From assembly GCF_006345805.1 (NCBI RefSeq), contig NW_021832224.1, positions 186,001 to 250,000 on the forward strand: a stretch of DNA of 64,000 nt. Direction: 5' to 3'. Below, one piece after another: positions 50,396-63,677 of the stretch (the first letter of the stretch is position 1; every line of letters starts with the position of its first letter). The translations under genes and the position numbers were made by a program. The notes below the pieces were generated by a model. That model saw only the letters and a program-made list of their open reading frames with translations, was not told where the DNA came from and searched no databases. Source of the DNA: Octopus sinensis. Lineage: Eukaryota.

Positions 50396-52009
50396 TTAAA
50401 CACATTTATTCTTGTGGATAGGCCAATGACTGACTTGACAATCCCTAGATTATACGGCCAAAATCTACATACCTACTACAGTAGACTTGACTGTGGCACT
50501 TTGAGCAACGTTTTTTGGCTTCTTTCCCACAAACTGGACATTTTTCAGTTTCAAGTTCTACCAGAGCATCAAGATGAATCGAATCCATCCAACTACTATA
50601 AAGAAAATACTATTACTTGTGTGCTATTTTTTGAAGAGAAGAATCGTCCAATTTTGACAGAATTTGCTCTTGTTTTTCAGCAATTTTTTTACATTGTGAT
50701 TCATTGTAGTTATGATGCAAATACTCTCTGATTTCAGGGAGCTGCAAAATCATCCAAAACTTAAACTTCTTCAATAAAAAGTGATGTTTTTGAATTAGAC
50801 GTTGATGGATTGAAAAAGGCGAGTTCTTCTACATACCTTTTTAATTCTATCAATATGGGGATCTGATCTATTACGAGTTCAGATATAAAGGTTCTTAGCT
50901 AAAAGTGATTGAAAACAAATACTTTCATTATAATTCCTTTTCTAAAATTTGTCATTTCGTATTTCTGTCTACATTCGTTTCTCATTAGTAGTTGATATAT
51001 CGTCAACCATATCTTGTGGGTCAAATATGTATTTGTACTTGTCCGTCAATTTTTGATATTCTTTTTTCGTCTTCAAGTCTTTTCCATTTGTTTCCGTCTT
51101 CACCAAAAATCTCCCGTTTCCCTGATTTGATAATTTATAATAATTTTCGACCTATTTCTCCACGAAGCCAAGGTTTATGTTCTACGAAATGAATCATAAG
51201 CAACGGAATATCGTGAATGTTTAACATTCGAGTTTTTAAACTGAAAGAAAGACTATTTAAACTATAAATACAACTCAAACTCTGTCAGATGATCTGCCAA
51301 ATAACGAATTATTGTAAAACATTTTATAAAAAGTCCAAACTCCAATTCCTCCAATTGAGACAGTAAGTTCTAAAATAATATAAAATTTTTTAATAACCCC
51401 TTTCCATGATTTGTCAGAATTAGTCGACTGTGGCCTAACTAGTTTTAAAAAGTTATAAAACTTGTTGATAAAATGAGTAATTGTTCTATAACAGTAGTCC
51501 TCGATGTCTAGAATGAACGACGAGGCAGCTTCACACACATCGTGATGGTATAAAACAGTTTCCAACAAATTAAACGTAGCCGCTTCGTGGTATAACTAAT
51601 ATCGTTCATTTTTAATGTTTACTCCCATATAGAGGACAAAGCTGAGTTTTTCTTTATTTGAAGACTTGAGAATAATTGGAAATATAAATTGCTTCCAGAA
51701 CTCGGTTGTTATCAAATCTTTGATCAGTAATCGAACCTTTTTGATAGTTTAATTAGAAATACTTTGTTGTAATTAACAAGGAAATCTTTAATGAACTCGT
51801 CTCCCTTAGTTGAGACACTCACGATTGCCTGAATGTTTAACTGCTCAATATTTTGGTGTTGTTTTATCCACCTATCAAAATTTATTTTAAGCAAAAAAAT
51901 ATTATTTTTTTTAAAGAGTAAACTTTATGGAAAAAAAATCACAAGGAGACAATTCGATCAGTCCATCCACTATCAGTTCTGCTTCTCCACAAGTCAAACA
52001 CACAGTCAT
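50396..52009 (-). CDS. ZMYND10: ZMYND10/BLU dynein-assembly factor, multi-exon
   Basis: WIKQHQNIEQLNIQA; LETVLYHHDVCEA..LDIEDYCYR; MYND finger CPVC..RCSKC..YCSRDCQVSHWPIHKNKC. Confidence 0.9.
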
Positions 52010-52151
52010 TCTCACAGTTACTAAGAGACTATCTTAAAATGCTTCAGAAAATATAATTATTTTCAAAAATAAAATTCTCTTTGGAAAACCTTAAATACTC
52101 AATTCATGTCATATATAAAAAAGACACGTTTATTTAAACTAAAAAACAAGT

Positions 52152-53221
52152 TTAACATCTCCGCTTTATTGCAAATGCCAATTCAACTTGTTCCTTGGGC
52201 AAATATCTCTCGATCTGTTCATTAGACATATCATGAAGCTGTGCCAACACCAAATCCTTAAAAATGAATAAAACAGTAAAACTCTCTCCCGTCTATCAAC
52301 CGAAGACCTCCCACGACCACTGGCCGCAATACTCTACCAATAAACCACCAAAAACAACCTTTAAAACAGAAGTAGAAAAAATAGGCTTATTAGGCCTACG
52401 TTTGGCAAGATTACTATGATCACGATATTTCCCCATTTCCTCCGGATGGTATGGTTCTGGATAATAAGAGTAGTCTACGGGGACATCCTTGGGTGGGGTG
52501 GGAGACAAATATGCAGGCGGGGCGAATGGTTCCTGCAAAGGACGGTGAAAAAGCGACTAAATCTCAAAAAACAGTACAAACAGGAACAGTCCGAACATCG
52601 ACTGCCCTCGTCACAATCATTGCCTGTACGAGAGCATAGGCCAAACAAGGATTTCCAACCAACATCAGTCTGGCTTCTCCAGGATTTGTCACTGCAAAAT
52701 ACTGGAAGTGACCACATCCAAAAAACCTTTACACTTCTCAAAATCTCCCCCAAACTCTCCGGAGGCATCGAACTGATAGCATTTCCGATTAATTGAGGCA
52801 CTTTTATGGGGTCAGACCAATCAGTAGAGGGCACATTCTACTATATATAACATTATTTTACTGATTGTGGGACAGTTGTTGTCACAGGTTGGGGAACTGT
52901 GATCTCTGGTTGAGGAATCACGTGTTGTTCTCCTGTTGCAGGACCAATTCGAAGAGGTCTTCCGTTTATATCCGAATTTGCCAGGTTTCTAAGGGCACTT
53001 TGAGCAGTTTCTGTGTCAATGTATTCACAAAATCCATATCCTTTGGGTTTCCCAGTTTCCTTGTCGAATACCAAGCGGAAAGTCGTAATTGGTCCAACTT
53101 TGGAAAATATCTCTCTTAATTTAGCCTCTGTGACATCATAGGGGATATTTCCAACTTTTTATTAATTTAAAATATCACGCTTTGTACCAAAAATTGACCT
53201 TTGAGCTTTATCTGTGGCCAT
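52152..53221 (-). CDS. CSTF2: Cleavage stimulation factor 64 kDa subunit, multi-exon
   Basis: [35 protein letters not shown]; hinge region AISSMPPE. Confidence 0.88.
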
Positions 53222-53493
53222 TACAATATAACACCACAAGAAACGGTATTTTATAGATTTTATGATTAAATAAAATTTTAAAACAAAACTTTTAATTAAA
53301 TAAGTTTATGAAATGCTAACTAGTCGTTTCTCTTTTAAGATTTTATGCGGCAAAATACTAGACCACGTGACTCGAATTAAAATAAATTTCTAAAGTTTAA
53401 AAATATTTTTACTAATAAATTATTTAAATATATTTATTTAAATTTTCAAATATGATTTAAAACAAAATAGTAATTTTTACTGTTAGTCAAACT

Positions 53494-54539
53494 ATGGATT
53501 TTCAACTTTGGACTCAAAGATTTTTCCGACACGTAGTTTATCCACCAATCAGAAATTGCTTCAGTCAATTACAATGTCTTTTGGCATTAGTAGACGAATA
53601 TGATGGGTTACAAAATTTTTTTACATCCATTACCTGTCTGGACAGTACTTACCAATGCATAGTCGTCAGACCGTATCCCTTCTAAATAACTTTATATAAG
53701 TGAAGGCAAACCCTACCATTTGCTGGCTTGTCAACTATTTCGTTGGCCCGACATAGAAAATGTAAATCAAATGCAATGTGTTGGACACTGCAAATATTCC
53801 TGCGATATCTATTCTAAACTGATATGTGTTAATGTCTATCATTATGTCAGAAATAATGGTAAGTTCAATAGATTGATTGATTTGCTTATCTTTTGTTAAA
53901 TTGTCCTAATGACTTAGTTCATTCAAGTCTGTTATCCGAGACCGGTCCATGGGCTATGTATTCTCTGTACAACAAGAAAAATATTTTGTTTAAGAATTTG
54001 ACCATATCCGACTGGTCCCATCAAATAAACGCGGATAAATTGGCATTGTCCCCCGAATTATCTGCTCTTATTGGTTAGTTTTGAGAGCTCATTGTAGGAA
54101 AGGGAGTTCGGATTTCATATGTAAAGCCGTTTGTTCACATTTACAGTGATTCTAGCAACACAATCTACTTTCATAGCATAGTTTTTAATAAATTAAACCG
54201 AGCGGATGTTGACCAGATAATTGAACTTAAGCCAAGTTTTTAAATTTTAAAATAACTTTGATAGACACTGTGGTTACAGTTTTCAACGAGACGACATTTG
54301 GGGAGAATTTATTAAAGTATACACAAGATATAGATCACACTGCTTTGTACGACATGACTAATGCTTGTACGATTTATTTATCATTCGGAAATTCGTGGGG
54401 GACATATCACAGGTCAGAAAATATGTCAAAACTTGATTTGTGGGTTGTCATAACTCTTGTTATTCCACTTGAATGGCTTGACAACGTTTTAATGGCCCTT
54501 GGTGTTCCCAAAAATATTTCATGTACTAGTCACTCATAG
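53494..54539 (+). CDS. Highly divergent R-Smad-derived protein, 301 aa; exons 53494-53672, 53701-53858, 53918-54073, 54098-54235, 54265-54539
   Basis: MH1 CQLFRWPD..C..ICVNVYHY; MH2 IGKGVRI, CTIYLSFGNSWG and PLEWLDNVL; ends TSHS*. Confidence 0.85.
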
Positions 54540-55064
54540 ATCATTTTTGTGTTTTATAAATTTTTAATTAGTTTTTATTTTATAAATGGACCAGAGGGTA
54601 TCTATGCTACTTTCAGTAAACATGAGTTGGAGTCTATATTTTTTATAAATTGGTTAGAAGATAGTTTTGGTACGTTTCAATTAATTATTTTTGGTTTCAT
54701 TTTAAGTTATACAATTTCCCTATTTAGCATAATTTCAATTCTAGAACTTATTTTATTACTTTCTGATTGTTTATTATAAACAAAGACATTATTTTGTTTA
54801 TATTAGACAGTTCAGTCACGAATGACAGATATTTATTCAATGCACATTTTTATATTCTAGTTGTTCCACTCAAATGAAAGCGCTTTAATTTAATTTTTCT
54901 AAACTTTCCTATTGAAATATATTTGGAACATTGGTCACCCATTCCACTGAACGTTTGGGATAAATGGGAATTCAAAAAATATTAACCTAAAAATAATACA
55001 AATTTTAAAGAAGCAATGGTAAAAATTTGTTTTAGAACACAAGATTAAAATATATTATCAAATA

Positions 55065-55900
55065 CAGTAAAACCTCTTCGCTGCTCACCACAATTTTGGC
55101 AAAAAATCATTTTTTGTTTAAACTATTTTTTTAAATAAAATTTGTTATACCAGGCCTGGGTTAATGTGCGAAAGAGCACTAGATTGTTTATTAGTAAAAA
55201 AACTTTCCATTATTTCCTACATGGAAGAGAATAAAAGTCTATCGATGCAACGTATAGGCTTTATTTTTTCTTCTATTTTTAGGAAAAAATATCTCGAAGG
55301 TTTATTAACGACCTAAGATTTAAAAAAATTCTACTGATCCTACTTTTTCTAATATGAAAAGATTATCTAATCTAACATTTTCTGTTATTGACACTGAACT
55401 TTTGACATCGATGGAATGTATTAAAGTTCGATATGAATTTCTGGATGATAAAGCAATTTTTTTAACAAATAACATTTTTGACCCACATGGGATCTGAAAG
55501 TTTAAAGCTAGCAATGATTAGCTAAACAGGTTAAAGAGAATTAACCATTTTCAGTTAAACATTTTATAAAGAGTGCAAAACTACTGAAGTTGATCAGAGA
55601 GAAATTGAAGATTTCATATCATTGATTTCTATAATTATAATGAAATGATCAGTATTTTGCAGATATTGAATCCGGTTAATTAAAATCAATCCATCAATCA
55701 CAAATTCACGGAATTTGATAAAAATTTGGATTAGAATTCTCTAATGCACATAAATCTTGTCATAGGTAACATTTTTAAATCAAATAAAAGAACAATTAAT
55801 GATTTTTAGTTAATTTTTTTATTCCAAAAATGCTATTGATTTTTTTAAAAATTCCATCGCTAGCAATTTTTTGTCAGTCCCAAGAGAGATTTTATTTTAC
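55065..55900 (+). mobile_element. Decayed pogo/Tigger remnant
   Basis: TA|CAGTAAAACCTC left end; FKASND*LNRLKR CENP-B-type motif near 55501; right TIR degenerate. Confidence 0.55.
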
Positions 55901-56999
55901 AGTTAAATAAATACAATGATTTAATATCTAATCATGATTAAGCCATTTATTGAATAAAAACGAATTAACTGATTAATTTCCTACTAAATCCTGAGTAGTC
56001 AGAGTTAACAAGAGGTGCACTCCACGCACTGTCTTGCTTTTTTCATCCTCTTCTCTCAATTTATAGATTCCCTTGAAGGTGCGGGGAACATAATATCCGA
56101 CAAGTACATGAACAGCCAAGTTATCCTCAATTTCAGGAAATTGTACATACATTAACTCGGTTGCGTCATCTTAACTAATCTTTTTTGACCACAGCTGTAG
56201 GCAAATAGTCAACGGTTTTTTTTTTATTCGCAGTAAGTAGAGTTTGCCTCGAATGTATTCAAAAATAAAGTTCGTTCAAGCTTTCGCACATCGATTGAAC
56301 TTTGTCTTTGCAAGTTTCTGGACCTCTTTGTGACTGCAAAGCAAAAATGAAGGGAACTCGCCACCTTATGTCTTTCTGTGTAATCATAGTAAAGAATACT
56401 CCTGAGCAATAAGATTGCGTATTCGTTCATGGGATTAAATAAGTTGTGCCTTTGATGGAGAAAATTTTGTGGGACATTTGTTTACATTAAGAATAGCGTC
56501 ATATTTCTCAATAGAGAAAAATTCTCAAATTTAACTAATTTGAAAGTAAAATGTACATTAATTCTCTACGTCAATTTAAACATGTTTTCAAATTTAAACA
56601 GTTCGTAAATGCTACAGTGACGACATTTACAAACTTACAACAGTTGTGGAAAGTCCTTTTTCCATAAATTTTATTAAAAAAACCGAGATTTCTTGGAATG
56701 AGGAACCAAAGAAAGTTCTTATAATAGTTTGGATCTGTCGGAAAAAATGACCTCTAATTGATGTCCTCTGTAGACTGAGAAGTCGGCTCCTAAGAATAAC
56801 AGTTTAGGAACATGCGGGAATAAATACGACTTTTTAGTCAAAGATTAAGTTTGTGGTTGATTTCGAATAAAATTAAATAGTAAACAAATGAAAATAATGT
56901 AAATTAAAAAATTGAACTGTCGGATTACGAAACGATGTGGTATTGATTGTAATAGAAATGTACTATTATTTTTAAGTACAAAAATCAGATTGGTTTAAT

Positions 57000-57523
57000 C
57001 ATCTCGAAGAGGAGTCACGACAGTCGTGAAACGAGGCGCCTTTTTCAGCAAATATCGTTCGCAATATTACGTGGAAAATTGCCTGTCCATCCGCTCGGCG
57101 ATTCATCTAATTTAGTTAACTTCTCTTTTTTCTTGTTTCCATCCTTTAAAAAAGATACAAAATAAATTCCCTCTATAAAAAATCAGTTAAGAACGATTAT
57201 TATTAAAAAACGTCGAGAATTAAAAATTAGTTAACTTTTCATGTTAGTTTTTGTGTTATATGAATGATTGTTTTCCTAAAAATAATATTTCTATTGATAC
57301 TTGATAACAAATGTATATTTTCCAAATCTTGATTAAGTTCTCCTATTCTCTTATCCATTAATTTCATGCTTTTTCTTCGTTCAGTTTCCAATTTTTGTAT
57401 TGTTTTGTCAGAATTAATTTTCTCAATTTTATTACACATTTTTAGTGAGGATACACTTGTCTTTGGGTGGAAGATTTTTTCTAAAGACAAACTGTTTTCT
57501 GCGTTAGCTTTTCTTAATGACAT
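57000..57523 (-). CDS. Possible orphan coiled-coil gene
   Basis: 96-aa charged ORF followed by GT..AG segments; no recognisable domain. Confidence 0.3.
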
Positions 57524-57952
57524 TTTCAATCGTTAAAAAAAACACCATATATTAAATTAAAGATTACGATGTTCAATCGTAATTTAGTGGTTAAATTTAA
57601 TGTTTATTTAAAATTGGACTTTATCATTAAAAACGAGCTGAAATGTCAAAAAATACCTCTTCACAATTGAAAAAAATAGTCAATTTTTCTTAAGTTAATT
57701 TAGCTGATTCATTTTAAACTCACTTCTCTCGTGACTTTTCCTCGAGATCATCAAACCGATCTCCGAAAGAAGTTAATCCTTAAAATAAGACAAAATTGTG
57801 GTTTTTAACCACATTGTCTGTAGAATTTTGTCATAAATTCTATATTTAATGTACTTTTAGTTTTTTGGGACAGTAATTCCTGTTAAACCCATGCTTATAT
57901 TTTACCGGGATTTTATCCAAAAGTTCTTTTAATTATGTTTTCTAGATATATA

Positions 57953-58494
57953 CAGTATAACTTCGCAGTAAGAGTATAAATCGTTTTCAGATTGAACTCA
58001 TATTGCGAGTTTCTCGTATTACGAAAAAATTTTTTACATTGAAATTAATATGAAAATTTTTCGTACTCACGCTAACCACAAAAAACAACACAGTAAATTC
58101 AATAATGGGTTTCTACTGCTACAAGATGAACTTGTAAAATAAGTGACCGCAGGCTTCTTTTAGTGGTAGGAAAGCGGTAAATTGAGCATTTAAATAAGCG
58201 AGGTGACGACCAATAATTAAGATAAAAAGGAGGCAGCCAATTGTGTTGGCAGTAACGTTATCTGTCTGAATAATTTCTCCCAATAAAATAAGCAAATACT
58301 CCAGCTATGTGCTCCATTTTGATTTTGGTGGTACTTTTTCTTAGAAATCGACAACGTCAGTTCGCCTCTCTTTACCGTCGCGACTGACTTAATGAGTCAT
58401 CACTCGTTTTACAAATTTTTATCCATCATAAGAGACAAAATTTTTATTAATGGTTGCTCGTTAACCGAATTGCTTGTAAAATGAGGTTCTACTG
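57953..58494. mobile_element. Tigger-like MITE
   Basis: TA-flanked imperfect TIRs CAGTATAACTTC / GAGGTTCTACTG; no coding capacity. Confidence 0.55.
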
Positions 58495-59060
58495 TATTGT
58501 ATTTTTAGATCAGGTGATTGCTATATTGACCTATATTGATTATTTGGCATTAAGAGTGGTTTGCCAGTCTGAGAATTTTCACTAAATCTCCAAATTTAAC
58601 TAAGAACATCTTACAACTTCGTTGTGTTTTGTAAGTTAATCGTAAAATTAGGCATTCTATTGCATCTTGTTGCCCGGTGGTCCACAATTAGATTTTAGAA
58701 TTTACAGTAAGGGCACTTTTTATTAGGATCTCTAAAAAATGTTCTTATTTTTAAGGATAAAGAAAATAACTCCAATCTTCTTTTTTAGGATTAAATTTTG
58801 TCTGTCCAAATTTGTTTATAGTCAAACAAGATTGTTCTGCCAACAAAATTTACAATTATTTAAGTTTCTAGGGTAACTATATTTGCTAAAAATCAAATTT
58901 GCTTTCTGCCATATAGGCATTCTGACTGATTATGAAATAAATTGATTGTCCCTCCATACTGATTTAACTATAAAAAGTAAAAAAATGTCTATTTTAATTC
59001 TCAGTCAATATTCGATTGAATGTTCTTTATTGATCATTTATAGACTCTTTGAGATCCTTA

Positions 59061-62000
59061 ACATGTGGGTGGTTAGTGTTCAATAAGGAAGACAAGATCT
59101 CACAAACTCAATCAGAAACAGAACGTCATCCAATTTAGTGCTTTTTAATCAATATATATTGACTTTTGCGCTATTGTAATATCTGTTTTAAATACATTTA
59201 ATACAAGTATTGAAAAAATGCAAGAATCACCTGGTATCCGCTACAACAGCACTGAAATAAGTCACCAGGGTATTCATTAATAATCTCCTTTGAGTAGAAA
59301 GAATAAACATTGTTAAAAAAAATTGGGAACGTTGGAAGATTCCATTTTTTAGCATATACTTGAAACTAGTTCTCTTTTATTTAATCATTATGGACTTTTC
59401 ACACATATTTTATCAGGATATTTTCAATCGGGAACAATTTCACATAAATTTGTTTTTATCACTCCAACTTTTGGCTACCGTGATTTTGTTTTCGATGTCT
59501 ACAGCTAAATTTACGGAACGATATTGGAAAATGTTTTCAAATATTATCATAATCATATGGCTAATCGAAATATTAGTTAATGAACTTATTTTGCCTGAAG
59601 AATTTTCAATTTTCAAATCTTATGGAAACGTGGTTCTTTGCACAATCTTGATTTACTTTATTGCTCCAACGACATTCAAAACAGCGACGATATATTCTAG
59701 TTTTATGTATTTATCAATGGAAATTAACGAGATCTTGTTTTTTAATAATTTTATTTGGAAAAATCTTATACTTCGATTTTGTCTCATTCTTAGTGTCAAC
59801 CTCCTTGGATATTATCTCAAAAGAACAGTTAAATTAAAAATTCAGGAACTGTTAATGGAGGTAATCTTCATTCAATTACCATAGATAATAAAAATTGCTA
59901 TTATCAAACAAAATATAAAAAACGAAAACAAAATTGTTAAAACTATGTTGTACTCTATTATGCCAATGACTCTCGCGAAAAAAGTCACTTTCTCATTTAT
60001 TTGGATAGATTTTAAATCATCGGAATAACGAGGTAGAGAAGATCGATGCTCACGTGTCTTTTCTATGCAGAAAGAGACTGTCTCTGTTTCGACCTCTTAA
60101 CATTGAACATATGAAGAATGTGAGCATTCTGTTTGCGGATATCGTCGGTTTTACTAGAATGAGTGCTAACAAGACTGCTGAACAGCTTGTATTGTATAAA
60201 ACTGTAAAATGTCAAAGGTTGAATTGCTTGGAGAATTGTTTGGGACATTTGATTTGTTGTGTGAGAAAATTGGTTGTGAAAAAATCAGTCTTTTGGGAGA
60301 TTGTTATTATTGCGTGGCTGGATGTCCCGAGCCCAGAGTTGACCATGCTCGTTGTTGTGTCGAGTTAGGACTTGAAATGATTGACGTGATCAAGTGTTTT
60401 GCAAAAAACAAAAATGAGGATGTAAAATATGAAATGCCTAACTTAGATTGCGATGAGGATTGGAATCCATACTGGTAGCGTCCTTTATGGCATCGTGGGA
60501 ACAATTCGCTTCAAATTTGACGTGTGGTCTAACGACGTGACTATGGCAAATATTATGGAGTCAACGGGACGTTCTAATTCTATCCACATAAGTGAAACAA
60601 CTTACAATGAAGTCAAAAATTTATATGAGTTTGAATTGTCAGATCCCATTGCTGGTTAATGGTTTATGCATGATTGCAGACATTAGCGAAAATAAATACC
60701 AAAAAGAAGTCTTTGACGAAACAACTGGGGTCTACAAAATCAATTCTTTTGCGGAAAAAAATAGTTTTTGATTTATAACTAAATATTTCAGTGTTACAGA
60801 CATACTTTGTGTTAAATAGGAAAAACAGCACTGGAACAGTAAATATACAAATGGAGCATAATGTACTTAAAAGTAATGTTAAGTTTTAGAAATATTCACT
60901 TGAAAAATACATAATTTTTAAGAGTTTTTCCTATCTCGGTTATGATTTATAATTCTAACAGATAGACAAGCCAACTCTTAAATATTCAATAGACATTAAC
61001 AATGTTATGCAAGAAAGTTATGTCATTGGTGAGAAAATAAGCAAAAAATACAGATATCCAGTTATATTTACGATTTAAATTGATTAGTGGTCTCTTGAAA
61101 AACTTAGGAATAATTTAAGAAAAAATAATGCCTATCAAAATGTCTCTCAAGATGAGTTTCGAAAGGAATTAATATTTTCATTTGCAATTTCTCTGATGAT
61201 AATGATTGCCAGTCTTATTTATACAAATTCGGTCAAAATATATTGGTTGATTGGAATCAATTTTGTTTTATATTCGGTAATGTTTCCTGCTGTTTTTATT
61301 TGTTAGTCCATCATTGGAATATTTTCGATTAAGCAAGATATTCGTATTTTAAGACCCCTCAAGAAGCACATGTTTGTGGCATACCAAATAATAGCTGGTT
61401 TACTCATAATTCAAACATCTGAAATATGCATACTCCAATATTTTCTGGATCTCCACGATCCACTGCAACTAAGTTTCATTTGTAGAATAGTTACAATTTA
61501 TGCATGTTGTTTTGCTCAGACCACGTGGATTCAGCAAACTATATTCGTCTTGGTGAATGGTTAGGGCATTAAATTACATCCAGGGGTAATGTACGTCATT
61601 TTTTTGGAGAATCGGATTAATAAAAACAAATCAGAATTCACTGAAATGTAATCCTGGTGAATTCACGGCATAGAAACGCAAGCAATTTTTTGGGGAATGC
61701 ATTTGTTGTTTTTATTGCAGTGATGATCAGCATGAAGATTGATAGATTTTTGATGCTCACAAGAATGTGCAAATATAAAGCAGTTAAAGGTCAGAAAGAT
61801 GTTGAAAAAAAACGAATCGAAGTATTGGAAATTTAATCCTTCGTTTATAGATGGAGAACTTGCTGTATAACATCATTCCACAGTATATTGTTAAAGAACT
61901 AAGAATAAATCCGAGTTATAGCAGAAATCACAACAACATTGGGGTCATGTTTGCTGTTATTACCAATTTCTATGACCTGTATGAAGAAAGCTTCCATTCG

Positions 62001-62539
62001 GGAAAAGAATATATGAGGATAATGCACGAAATATTTGGAGATTTTGAAGATTTATTGAGCAAATATAAAGACGTTGAGAAAATAAAATCAGTCGGAAATG
62101 GTCTTATTCTAGCCTCGGGTCTGGACGAGTCTAAAAGAAGTGAAAATGAAAATGAGTTTGACCACATTTCTGCCCTTACGAACTATGGATTTGATCTTTT
62201 GAAATGTCTTGAGAATTTTAATAAGAGCGTCATCAGTTTTGAATTTCAGATGGCAATTGGGCTTAATGTCGGCAATGTATTTACCTCTTATCACTATTTC
62301 AGGTTACTGCTGGAGTAATAGGGACTGAAAGACTGTTATACGACATTTGGGGAGACACTGTCAATGTTGCGTCCCGAATGTACTCCACTGGAGAGAATGG
62401 TTCGATTCAAACAACAAAAAAAACTGCCGAATTGTTGGCTACTTTGGGATATGAGATTGAACTTCGCGGAGTATTTGATGTAAAGGGCAAAGGTCTTATG
62501 GAAACTTACAGAATTATTTCTTTGAGCAATAAAAATTAA
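59061..62539 (+). CDS. ADCY9: Membrane adenylate cyclase type 9-like, multi-exon (start approximate)
   Basis: C1 VSILFADIVGFTRMSANK, EKIS.LGDCYYCVAGCPEPR, FKFDVWSNDV; C2 YSRNH..LYEE..GKE, EKIKSVG, LYDIWGDTVNVASRM; two hydrophobic TM clusters. Confidence 0.9.
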
Positions 62540-62649
62540 ATAAGACTACAAACTTATTTTAAGCGAGTCGGCAGTTAGTCCCGTAATCCCACTAATCATC
62601 AAAAAAATTCGTAAAATCCACGGCTAATGGCTTAGCCGAAACTTCGATT

Positions 62650-63535
62650 TTTTATAAGATAATTAGTAAAACAACATTTTTATTGACTTAAAAAAATAAA
62701 AATTGCCCTTAAAAAGTCAATGTAATTGACCTTAAAATTTTAAAAATTGACCAAATAATTGACCGTAAAAATACTACTTTATTTTCATATATAAACTACG
62801 TTTATGAAAATTTAAAGTAATTTTATTCATCGTTTATCGAGTTATTTACAATTAAGTAATATTTTACATTATCCACTTTAAAATTCCTATCCTTGGCTAA
62901 GATTTTGTTAAGAATCGAAAATGATCGTTCTACTGCGCACGATGTTGCCTGACATTCAATCAACAAAGAATAATCTAAAGATGAAATGGAATGATCATCG
63001 AAATTCATAATTTTTGTGATATCATTGGAATTCATCCTTTTGATAATATAATTTTTTATTCCACACACGTCTAATTTTTTATTCCGTTGGAATTCATCCT
63101 GTGTTTGTTCACAAAAAATTGTTTCTTGCATGTCACATGTAACTCACATAATTTACAAAAAAGCATTCAATTTGGTGTAATTGTAAACTCTTTAGGATAT
63201 TTTTCACAAATATTTTTAGCTTTTTTAAAATCCGAAGGTTTATTTTTAGGCATAAGTACACTATAATATAGTTTAAAATTTGTTACAATAAAAGACAAAT
63301 GTCACTGCGACTATTTTAAATTTATTTTGATGCTTAAAATAATATTATTTAAATTTTTATTTAAAAATTGACCTAATTAAAAAAATTGACCTGGAAATCT
63401 AAAAAGTTGACCAAATTGACCTAAAGAACTTTTTATATAAACTTTTTTTTGACTTTATTTTAATTTAATCATTATTTTTAGACTTAAGTCTAACTCTGGA
63501 TTGAAGTTGACTTTATTGACTTATGTTGCCCTAAT
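62650..63535 (-). mobile_element. hAT-like transposon remnant
   Basis: Dimerisation-domain-like QATSCAVERSFSILNKILAKDRNF; clustered TTGACC subterminal repeats on both sides. Confidence 0.6.
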
Positions 63536-63677
63536 AATTAGTATTCAAAAATATTTTACTAACGATTTTTGATAGAAAATGTATCATTTTGAATTTATTT
63601 TAGAAAAATATAAAACAGGAATATTTTATTTAGATAATTAAATTCAAACATTAATTAACGTTGTCGTGGTTGTTCTG

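Noticed and set aside
50327-50731. 134-aa plus-strand ORF
   Set aside because: Antisense to the ZMYND10 MYND-finger exons
53607-53645. Possible 39-nt in-frame intron in Smad exon 1
   Set aside because: Its translation aligns with the conserved MH1 helix, so it is treated as exon
62621-62642. CGGCTAA-TGGC-TTAGCCG followed by AAAC, like a Penelope hammerhead stem II
   Set aside because: The upstream CTGANGA core is absent
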